A stretch of 64,000 nucleotides of DNA from Thermaceae bacterium (GTDB taxonomy: Bacteria > Deinococcota > Deinococci > Deinococcales > Thermaceae). The DNA is taken from contig JADMIM010000008.1 in NCBI GenBank assembly GCA_015478585.1, positions 5,784 to 69,783 of the forward strand, in the 5' to 3' direction. The number at the start of each line of letters is the position of its first letter. Positions within the stretch are counted from its first letter, which is position 1. The translations under genes were made by a program, and so were the position numbers. The notes under the pieces were generated by a model that worked only from the letters and a program-made list of their open reading frames with translations, did no database searches and had not been told where the DNA came from. Positions 37,160-44,665 of the stretch are shown piece after piece.

Positions 37160-38056
37160 TTACGAACCCTGAGCAATGGTTTGAAGTTGCTGGATGATGT
37201 TATCGAGGGTAGAGACTACCGGAGCTTGGCTGTAAGGGTTGTTGGCGCTGTAGTCGAGGGCTCCCATGCTGGGGGTAGCTGCGCTGGTAGTGCTCGAACC
37301 GGGCGTGGTAGTGGTGCTAGAGGTGTTGCTGCTATCGGTGCTCGAGCTAGGTGTGGTGGTCGTGCTAGTCGAAGCGCTGCTATTGTCGGTGCTGGTAGTC
37401 GAACTTGGAGCAGTGGTGGCCGTGCTATCAGTAGAGCTGGGCGTGGTGCTAGGAGCAGCAGTGCTTGTATCGGTAGTGGTGGTCGAACTCGGAGCCGTGG
37501 TGGTGCTGTCGGTAGCGGTGCTTGAAGGAACTGCGGTGCTGCTGGAACTGCTGTCGGTGCTGCTGCCCGAACCGGAAGTGGTGCTGCTGCTGCTGCCCGA
37601 ACCGGTATCGGTGCTGCTGGTTGAACTCGGTGCAGTGGCCGTGGTGGCTGTGCTATCAGTAGAGCTAGGAGCAGCAGTGCTTGTATTGGTAGTTGTAGCT
37701 GGGCTGGCGGGTGTGGCGGTGCTCGAGCCCATGCTGGCTTGGAGCGTGGAGACCTGATCGGGCTGGAGTTGCTTATTGATATTGTCCACGTACCACTGGG
37801 CCATGCCCCCGGTCAGAGCCGAGGAAGCGCGAATGGCCTGGAAGTAGGGCAAAAGCTGTTGAGCCTCGGCCTTGGTGATGGTGTTATTGCCTTGCAGCAA
37901 CTGATTCATGGATGCAATATAAGCAGCCAGTTGTGAGAATTGCTGCTGCTCGGCGCTGGACATGCTCATGGTGTTGGAGGTTTGCGCAGACTGTGCCAAA
38001 GCCAATCCAAGAGCCAACACTGCCGAAACCAGGAATACCCCTATGCCCCTTTTCAT
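37160..38056 (-). CDS. Secreted Ser/Thr-rich low-complexity protein
   Basis: Signal peptide (LALGLALAQ), helical N-domain, ~150 aa S/T/D linker, short C-terminal helix with NPY; GGAGG RBS. Confidence 0.8.
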   Translation of the reverse strand: MKRGIGVFLVSAVLALGLALAQSAQTSNTMSMSSAEQQQFSQLAAYIASMNQLLQGNNTITKAEAQQLLPYFQAIRASSALTGGMAQWYVDNINKQLQPDQVSTLQASMGSSTATPASPATTTNTSTAAPSSTDSTATTATAPSSTSSTDTGSGSSSSTTSGSGSSTDSSSSSTAVPSSTATDSTTTAPSSTTTTDTSTAAPSTTPSSTDSTATTAPSSTTSTDNSSASTSTTTTPSSSTDSSNTSSTTTTPGSSTTSAATPSMGALDYSANNPYSQAPVVSTLDNIIQQLQTIAQGS

Positions 38057-38248
38057 GTTTTCCTCCTGTTGGTGAGAGGCCGCGCGGTTCCTCTCCGCCT
38101 CCTACTATGGAAAGGGCTCATGGCAGTTCTGTGGCAGCAACATGAAAACCCCAAAAATGGGGCACACCTACTCTACATATAGCAGTAGAAAAACCTGGCT
38201 GCAACGAATCAAAGTATGCGTTAAGATTCTTAATCCCTCAGGTGCCCC

Positions 38249-38279
38249 TTGACTCTCCCCCAGGGGGAGGCCGCAGACT
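38249..38279 (+). promoter_or_regulatory. MerR-type promoter/operator
   Basis: TTGACT + 19-nt spacer containing the perfect dyad CTCCCCC-A-GGGGGAG + CAGACT, 7 nt before the GTG at 38287. Confidence 0.8.
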
Positions 38280-38286
38280 TCAGGCT

Positions 38287-39111
38287 GTGAACGAGGTCAG
38301 TATTCTGCCCATCAGCATCGGTGAGTTCGCTCGGCGTTCGCGGCTCTCACTCAAAGCTCTGCGCCTCTACGATGCAATGGGGCTGCTGCTCCCGGCCCAG
38401 GTAGACCAGACCAGCGGCTACCGCTACTACCTCGAGGCCCAACTCGAGCGAGCCAAACTAATCGGCCTGTTGCGGCAGCTTGAGATGCCTCTGAGTCGCA
38501 TCGCTGAGGTGCTGGAGTTGCACGGGGTAGAGGCCGCCCAGGCCATAGCCCGCTACTGGAGCTTGGTCGAAGGAGACCTGAAAACCAACCGCAAGCTGGT
38601 GCATTACCTCGAGGACTATCTCGGGGGCAAAGGAGAGTCTATGTACGAGATACAAACCCGCGAAGTACCCCAGCAGAAAATAGTCGGCATTCAGCGCCAT
38701 GTATATGTCAAGGATTTATCTGGTTTTATCGCCGAAGCCGGTGACGAATTACTCAAGCAGCTTGCCCAGGCCGGTCTGAGAGGGAGTGGGCCAGCTTTCG
38801 TGATCTATCACGGTCAGATCAACCAAGACTCCAATGGGCCAGTGGAAGTCTGCCTGCCTTTCGAGGGAAGCCTGGAACCGACGGGCCAAATACGCTTGCG
38901 CCTCGAACTCGCCCACCACGAAGCTTTCACCCGCATCACCAAGGCTCAGGTTGAGTTTCCGGGAATTCTCAAAGCTTATGACGCAGTGGAGCAGTGGCTC
39001 AAAGATCAGGGGAAGGGCATGAGCGACTCCCCCAGAGAGATCTATTTCGCTCGTTGGGACAAGATTGGCCCCGACGACCCGGCCTGCGACATCGCGTTTC
39101 CATACGCCTGA
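38287..39111 (+). CDS. MerR family regulator with GyrI-like ligand-binding domain
   Basis: SIGEFARRSRLSLKALRLYDAMGLL, SGYRYY; C-terminal GyrI-like SPREIY; start moved to 38287 (leaderless) on the basis of the promoter. Confidence 0.9.
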   Translation: MNEVSILPISIGEFARRSRLSLKALRLYDAMGLLLPAQVDQTSGYRYYLEAQLERAKLIGLLRQLEMPLSRIAEVLELHGVEAAQAIARYWSLVEGDLKTNRKLVHYLEDYLGGKGESMYEIQTREVPQQKIVGIQRHVYVKDLSGFIAEAGDELLKQLAQAGLRGSGPAFVIYHGQINQDSNGPVEVCLPFEGSLEPTGQIRLRLELAHHEAFTRITKAQVEFPGILKAYDAVEQWLKDQGKGMSDSPREIYFARWDKIGPDDPACDIAFPYA

Positions 39112-39134
39112 ATCAGGACTTCCGTCACTGAGAC

Positions 39135-39551
39135 GTGCCGGTTTCTCGGCGTATGGTATTGGGCGTGAACGACCTTTGCACCAGGGCCGATATCGCCACC
39201 GTCATCAACGCCTTCTACCGCAAGGCTACTGCCGACCCAACCATCGGCTACTTGTTCGAGGGGCTCGACCTTGAGGCTCATCTGCCGGTGATGCACGACT
39301 TCTGGGAGAACATTTTGTTCCGCACCGGAGCCTACAAGGGTGGCATGATGTATAAACACCTGGTGCTCAACGCCCAAAAGCCCCTGCAAGTGGAACATTT
39401 CGGGCGCTGGCTCGAGCTGTTCATGGCCACCGTGGACGAGCATTTCTCAGGTGAGAACGCTGCTACCATGAAGCAGTTCGCCCACTCGGTTGCGGCCACC
39501 ATGCAGGCCCGTATCCTGGGCAATCCGATGTTTCCCTTAGCGGGGAAATGA
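39135..39551 (+). CDS. Group III truncated haemoglobin (trHbP/Ctb-like)
   Basis: INAFYRKATADPTIGYLF, HLPVMHDFWENILF, Y.GGMMYKH, HFGRWLELF; exact start uncertain. Confidence 0.85.
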   Translation: MPVSRRMVLGVNDLCTRADIATVINAFYRKATADPTIGYLFEGLDLEAHLPVMHDFWENILFRTGAYKGGMMYKHLVLNAQKPLQVEHFGRWLELFMATVDEHFSGENAATMKQFAHSVAATMQARILGNPMFPLAGK

Positions 39552-39554
39552 AAA

Positions 39555-39573
39555 AGGGCGCGTTCTGCGCCCT
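39555..39573. terminator. Hairpin between convergent genes
   Basis: AGGGCGC-GTTCT-GCGCCCT preceded by an A run (a T run on the minus strand). Confidence 0.6.
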
Positions 39574-39591
39574 ATAGCGGTTAACCTAAGC

Positions 39592-40023
39592 CTACTCGGG
39601 TTTGTCGGAACCGGAGAGTTGGTTGGTGGTTTCTTTCAGCACTTCTTCGGTTTTGCCCTTAGCGGCTTCGCCTATGCTATCGGTTTTGCTTTTGAGGCTG
39701 TCGCTGAGTCCTTGGGCTTTGTCTCGAGCCTGCCCGGCGATTTCTTCGGCTTTGGCCTTGGCCTGCCCGGCTAGCTCTTCAGCTTTGGCTCTGGTCTGGT
39801 CGGCCATCTGCTTGGCCCGCTCGCCCAGGTTCTGAAGCGCGTCGGGGGTTCCATCGCCGTCCTTGTCGAGTTTGGCTCGCACCTCGCCAATTTTGGCCTC
39901 GGCCTGCTTTTTGAGGTCGTCGGCACGCTCTCCCACATCTTGGGCCACTTCACGGGCTTTTTCGGCTACGTCTTCGGCTATCTGTTTGGCCTGGTCGGCG
40001 AGATTTTTCAAAGGATTTTCCAT
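39592..40023 (-). CDS. Charged amphipathic repeat protein (LEA/YtxH/CsbD-like)
   Basis: 11-mer-like repeats (AKAKAEELAGQ / AKAKAEEIAGQ), central DKDGDGTPD; AGGAGG RBS before ATG 40023. Confidence 0.75.
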   Translation of the reverse strand: MENPLKNLADQAKQIAEDVAEKAREVAQDVGERADDLKKQAEAKIGEVRAKLDKDGDGTPDALQNLGERAKQMADQTRAKAEELAGQAKAKAEEIAGQARDKAQGLSDSLKSKTDSIGEAAKGKTEEVLKETTNQLSGSDKPE

Positions 40024-40095
40024 GCTTAGCCCTCCTGAACTTTGGCGCAATCGGGGTTCTCTGATTTTTGTCGCCAAAACCTATTGTAGCGCAGT

Positions 40096-41388
40096 CTATC
40101 CGAAGCAGTCGTAGGTGGGCCAGCTTTGGATGGTGTTGCTGGTGTTCTCGAGGGCACGTCTGAGTTCGGCGATAAAGCTCCAGTCGTTCCAGGGGCGGCT
40201 ATTGAAAAAAGCGGCCATAACAGCCCCGTTGGGCATATGCAGGAGCAGGGTGCGGCTTCCGGCCAGGGCCCCGTCGTGCGACCATTCCATGCCGCCATCT
40301 TTGAGCTGTACTTCCCAGCCCAGGGCGTAGTAACGTTCGCGTCCGATGTACTGGGGCAAGTTGGGGCGCTCGAGCATCTGGGCCAGGGTGGCCTTGGAAA
40401 GTAGCGGGGGCCGTTTGCGCAACCCCTCCAGACTGACCACAAAGCGCACCAAATCCTGTGCTGAGGCCACCAACCCACCATTGGAATCCTGGGCCTCGAG
40501 GTAAAAGTCGCCATAAGGGCGGGGGGTTTGCTGCCCGTCCAAAATTGAAGGAACCAACGGGGCGTTGGGGAAATCGTAGTAATGCACCTCGTGGGGCCAG
40601 CGCTGGCTTTCGCGGGTGTGGGCAAAGCGAATATCCCCGATGCCCACTTCGCGCAGCAGAGCGGCGGTATAGCTCTGGTAGGTTTCACCACTGGCCCTCT
40701 CGATAATGCGTCCCAGCACGGCATAGCCCAGATTGGAGTAAGACCAGCGGGTGCCTGGGGCAAAGCTCAGGTGTTTGCTCATCATGTAGCTGATTAAGTC
40801 TTGACTCGAGAGGGTGTCGGGCTTGCCCATGGCCTTGGCTACATAATCCAGGGTGGGTCTAAACATCGGGTCGCCTGCGGCATTGCGGTTCCAGCCCGAA
40901 GAATGCTGGAGCAGGTCACGCACGGTGATGTCCTTAACCCTGGGATCGGCCAGTTTGCCGCCGTAAGGCTCTAACTCGAGCAGGTTTATGGCTTTTTCGT
41001 CGAGGAAGGCGGTGAGGCTGGGATAAATCCCCTTGCGAACCAGGCTCTCGCCCAGATGCAGGGTAGCAACTGCGGTGACGGGCTTGGTCAGGCTGGCCAG
41101 CCGGAACAGCGAAGTCGGCTGCACGGCCTCTTTGGCGGCAATATCGGCCCAGCCATAACCTCTCGAGAGCACCAGCCGCCCGCTTTTGGCGACGGCCAGG
41201 GCTGCACCGGGAATCCGGTATTTCTCGAGCAACCGGGTCATGATTTGGTCGTAGGGCTCGAGGCCGGAAGCACCGTAGCCAGTGATGGGCTTGTTGTCTT
41301 TGCCAAAGAAAGAAACCGGGGGAGGAACACAGATGGTCTGGGCCAGCCCCAGACTCCACAGCACGAAGACCATAGAAAGCCAGCGCAT
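40096..41388 (-). CDS. Secreted serine hydrolase, beta-lactamase/class C-like family
   Basis: Signal peptide, FRLASLTK (SxxK), LLQHSSG, YSNLGY, HDGALAG. Confidence 0.88.
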   Translation of the reverse strand: MRWLSMVFVLWSLGLAQTICVPPPVSFFGKDNKPITGYGASGLEPYDQIMTRLLEKYRIPGAALAVAKSGRLVLSRGYGWADIAAKEAVQPTSLFRLASLTKPVTAVATLHLGESLVRKGIYPSLTAFLDEKAINLLELEPYGGKLADPRVKDITVRDLLQHSSGWNRNAAGDPMFRPTLDYVAKAMGKPDTLSSQDLISYMMSKHLSFAPGTRWSYSNLGYAVLGRIIERASGETYQSYTAALLREVGIGDIRFAHTRESQRWPHEVHYYDFPNAPLVPSILDGQQTPRPYGDFYLEAQDSNGGLVASAQDLVRFVVSLEGLRKRPPLLSKATLAQMLERPNLPQYIGRERYYALGWEVQLKDGGMEWSHDGALAGSRTLLLHMPNGAVMAAFFNSRPWNDWSFIAELRRALENTSNTIQSWPTYDCFG

Positions 41389-41532
41389 ATCTTTGTTAGA
41401 GCATTTCGCTCAGCCGTGAGGAACACATGAATTAATGGCCCGGCAAACTCATGCGGGTGTTTTGGCAGGGATTCGCCCCCAAATTCTTCAGGCTAGCTAC
41501 TTCTTCAGCTTCATATCATTTAGGGCGGTAGT

Positions 41533-41898
41533 ATGAGCACTGAGGTGATGCACCACCGCCGCAATACATATTGGCAGCCGCTGCGGCTCCTGCCCTTTTT
41601 GGTGTTGCTGCTGCTCTCGAGCACCGAGGCCCGGCATTTGCTGGGCAGTGTGCTTCAGCCAATCCACCCCCAGGTGGTTTGCTATAGCCAGCAGGACTGC
41701 ACTAAAGCCGGGCCAGTACAGGCTGCGGCAATGCGCCAACCATTGGCCCTGCCCACCCCGCCTTCGGCAATCCTCCCACTGGCTCAGACTTTATATTGCT
41801 CGAGCCGCAAAAATTCCTCCATCACTCTGGCTCGAGCCGGTTTCCGAAATATATTTCTCCGGGTCGGGGGGCCGAGGGCTCCGCCTGTGCGGGCCTGA
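41533..41898 (+). CDS. Upstream ORF with signal-peptide-like segment and C-terminal RAPP: candidate ribosome-arrest peptide
   Basis: LRLLPFLVLLLLSSTEA hydrophobic segment; ends FLRVGGPRAPPVRA*; 47 nt upstream of lepB on the same strand. Confidence 0.6.
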   Translation: MSTEVMHHRRNTYWQPLRLLPFLVLLLLSSTEARHLLGSVLQPIHPQVVCYSQQDCTKAGPVQAAAMRQPLALPTPPSAILPLAQTLYCSSRKNSSITLARAGFRNIFLRVGGPRAPPVRA

Positions 41899-41945
41899 CC
41901 TCAGCCAACCTGTTAAGCCTCTTTTCTCCTACAGGAGTCCATTTC

Positions 41946-42686
41946 ATGTTGCAAAACCCCGATGTTGTCATCGAAAAACCTTCCTTTGTGCGCTACTTCT
42001 GGCTCGAGTGGCTGCGCCCAATCGGCGAAGCCCTGCTGTTGGCGCTGCTCATCACCACGTTTGCTTTTACCACGGTAGGGGTGCTGGGCAGCAGCGACGA
42101 ACCCACCTTGCACTCGGGTGAGCGGCTGTTCGTACCCAAATACCAGACCTGGCTGCACCGCTTTGGTATCGGCAGTTTTCACCGGGGCGATTTGGTGGTG
42201 GTACGGCCCCCCTCCTCGTCGCCCTATGCGGTTCAGCCCTTGCCGTTTCTGGGTCAGTTGGGCGCGACCTTCCGGCCCTTCTTTATCAAGCGCATCGTGG
42301 GCTTGCCAGGAGACCGTCTGCGCATGGTGCAAGGGCAGCTATATATCAACGGCAAGGCTGTAAACGAAAGCCACACAGTTCCCTACTGGCAGGCTAAGGG
42401 CCAATGGGATCAGTCCTCGAGCCTGGCAAACTCCGATACCTGGACTTTTCGCAAGGGACAAATAGGAGAGTTTGCAGTGCCCCAGGGGATGTATTTCGTG
42501 ATGGGGGATAACCGTAGTCCGGGAGGCTCAGAAGACTCGAGGGATTTTGGCCCAGTGGCCCTCAACCAAATCGGTGGGCGGGCTAGTTTCATGCTTTGGC
42601 CTCCGCTCACCCGCGACACCAATGGGCATTGGCAGCTTAATTGGCATCCCATGCGAGCCCCCCAGGGCTTGCAAGGTATTCGGTAA
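41946..42686 (+). CDS. lepB: Signal peptidase I
   Basis: TM anchor, VLGSSDEPTL (Ser box), RGDLVV, FIKRIVGLPGD (Lys), YFVMGDNR..SEDSRDFGPV; AGGAG RBS at 41933-41937. Confidence 0.9.
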   Translation: MLQNPDVVIEKPSFVRYFWLEWLRPIGEALLLALLITTFAFTTVGVLGSSDEPTLHSGERLFVPKYQTWLHRFGIGSFHRGDLVVVRPPSSSPYAVQPLPFLGQLGATFRPFFIKRIVGLPGDRLRMVQGQLYINGKAVNESHTVPYWQAKGQWDQSSSLANSDTWTFRKGQIGEFAVPQGMYFVMGDNRSPGGSEDSRDFGPVALNQIGGRASFMLWPPLTRDTNGHWQLNWHPMRAPQGLQGIR

Positions 42687-42716
42687 AAATCCCCTGTGAT
42701 ACTCTGGAGGCAGCAT

Positions 42717-43031
42717 ATGGCAGAATCCAAAGCAAAAGAAAAACCCAACAAGGAACCCTTTGCTGGGGCCTACTTTATCGGTCTGATAATTACCCTGGCG
42801 CTGTTGGTGGGTGTGGTGGCGGTGGGGGCGGGGTTGCCCCCGGCCATCTCGGGTTTTCTGGTGGCGTTGTTGCTGGGGGTAACGGTCAATCCCAAATATG
42901 CCCTTGGGTTTCTCAGCGCAGGGGTGTTTTCGGCCCTGCTGGGCTTCGCCGGGCACGAGCCCCAGGTGGCCTGGGGCGGGGTTGGCTTGATTCTCTCGAG
43001 CCTGATCGTCTGGCGTTTTATCAAGTCCTGA
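42717..43031 (+). CDS. Small multi-pass membrane protein
   Basis: Three to four hydrophobic segments; GGAGG RBS; operonic spacing. Confidence 0.65.
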   Translation: MAESKAKEKPNKEPFAGAYFIGLIITLALLVGVVAVGAGLPPAISGFLVALLLGVTVNPKYALGFLSAGVFSALLGFAGHEPQVAWGGVGLILSSLIVWRFIKS

Positions 43032-43038
43032 GGGTAGC

Positions 43039-43374
43039 GTGCGCTCCAATCTGACCCCCCCGCGTGTGGCTCATGCCCTCACCCTGGCGGGAATTATTGG
43101 AGCTGCTTGGTTTTACCTCGTCCAGCATAACGAGTTCGGCATTGCCCTGGCGGTGACAACCCTGGTGGGCAGTGGGGTGGTGCAGTATGGCAGCGGCAAG
43201 CCCTTCGTGGTTCCACTGCTGCTAATTTTGCTGATTTTGCTGGTGGGGGTTCAGCTCGTGGACGGGAAATTGGTGGCGGCCCTGATTGGTGCAGGGCTGG
43301 GAACCGGGCTACCCTATTTGGCCTATCGAAGGAGCAAACATGAAAGTAGCGCTTCTCCACCTGGCAACCCGTGA
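43039..43374 (+). CDS. Small multi-pass membrane protein
   Basis: Four hydrophobic segments; GTG start 7 nt after the previous stop. Confidence 0.6.
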   Translation: MRSNLTPPRVAHALTLAGIIGAAWFYLVQHNEFGIALAVTTLVGSGVVQYGSGKPFVVPLLLILLILLVGVQLVDGKLVAALIGAGLGTGLPYLAYRRSKHESSASPPGNP

Positions 43375-44107
43375 AACCCCTCAAGCTACCCTCGAGGCGG
43401 CTATGCCACTCCTCCAGCAGGCCTGGCAGCAAGGTGCGGATTTGGCCTTGCTGCCCGAACTTTTCCCCAGTGGCTACCGCTATGCCGATGCCGAGCAAAC
43501 CCCCTGGGTTCTCTCGAGGTTGCAGCACTTTGCCCAGGAATCGAAGATGCTGTTGGCGGGGGGGGTTCTGGAGCAAGCAGGCCAGCGCTATGCCAATCGG
43601 ATGTATGTCCTGGGGCCACAAGGCCCACTGGCTCATTACACCAAAACCCACCTGATTCCGGCATTTGGCGAGCCCGAGACCATGATTGCCGGAAACCAAC
43701 TGGTGACGCTCGAGCTGCACGGATTCAAGGCCGGACTCAGCATCTGCTTCGACTTGCGCTTTCCCGAGATATACCGGGCTTACGCGGTGGACGGGGTGAA
43801 CTTGTTCTTGGTGCCCTCGGCTTGGCCGGGGAGCCGCAGCTACGCTTGGGAATTGCTCGCCAAAGCCAGGGCTGCTGAGAATCAGGCCTACTTGATTGCC
43901 GTCAACCATGCCGAGGAGCCTTTTGGTGCGCCCAGTCTGGCCCTCGATCCCTTGGGAATGGAACTGGCTCGAGTCGAGTCGGAGGGGGTCGCGGTAGTGG
44001 AACTCGAGGCCGGTTATCCCCAGCGGCTGCGCAAGGAGTTTCGGGTATTGTCTGAGCGTCGCCCAGAACTTTACGCGGGTCTTCTGAAAAGACCGGCAAT
44101 CAAATAA
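43340..44107 (+). CDS. Carbon-nitrogen hydrolase (nitrilase superfamily)
   Basis: Triad motifs LPELF, YTKTHL and ICFDLRFPE; KARAAENQ; GGAG RBS. Confidence 0.88.
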   Translation: MKVALLHLATRETPQATLEAAMPLLQQAWQQGADLALLPELFPSGYRYADAEQTPWVLSRLQHFAQESKMLLAGGVLEQAGQRYANRMYVLGPQGPLAHYTKTHLIPAFGEPETMIAGNQLVTLELHGFKAGLSICFDLRFPEIYRAYAVDGVNLFLVPSAWPGSRSYAWELLAKARAAENQAYLIAVNHAEEPFGAPSLALDPLGMELARVESEGVAVVELEAGYPQRLRKEFRVLSERRPELYAGLLKRPAIK

Positions 44108-44424
44108 ACCAGCATTCCCAGAATAAAACCCTCGCCCCAGGCGGGCTCATAGGGCCAAAGCAGTGGCAGGTTGAAGCGGGCATACAGCAACAGCGGCCAG
44201 GGCAACAGCGCCCAGGCCAGCCAGTAACGGCGATAACCAACCGCCAGCAAAGCAGCCAGGCCCACCCCCCGCAAATACATCAGCCAGCCTGAGCCAGCCT
44301 CGTTCTGGTAGATAAACCAAGCCAGGTTGAGCCAAACCCCTATCAAAGCCCAGTCCCACCCGGTACGCCGCACCAACCAGAAACCGATGACGAATAGACC
44401 AAGCCAAGGTAACGCATCCAACAT
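44071..44424 (-). CDS. Trp-rich small membrane protein
   Basis: Four hydrophobic segments; TAGACT -10 box 7 nt upstream of the ATG. Confidence 0.65.
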   Translation of the reverse strand: MLDALPWLGLFVIGFWLVRRTGWDWALIGVWLNLAWFIYQNEAGSGWLMYLRGVGLAALLAVGYRRYWLAWALLPWPLLLYARFNLPLLWPYEPAWGEGFILGMLVYLIAGLFRRPA

Positions 44425-44444
44425 GGAACTAAGTCTACCCGGCG

Positions 44445-44570
44445 CTATCGCGGTTCTCTACTAAGTAGAGGTTTGCATATATAAGCGCCCATTAGCCCCA
44501 GAATTTTTGTGTGAGTGAGGCTTTTAAATAACTCCGCTGGAGGGCCGAGCTATTATGAAAACCGCGATAG
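44445..44570. mobile_element. MITE-like element with the same TIR family
   Basis: CTATCGCGGTTCTC ... ATGAAAACCGCGATAG. Confidence 0.6.
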
Positions 44571-44665
44571 GCTGACGCAGCAAACACTCAAGTTATGTAC
44601 AAATGAATAAAGCTTACTGCAACAGGTAAATCTACTCCAAGGTTGATTCCAAAAACCGCGCTCGG

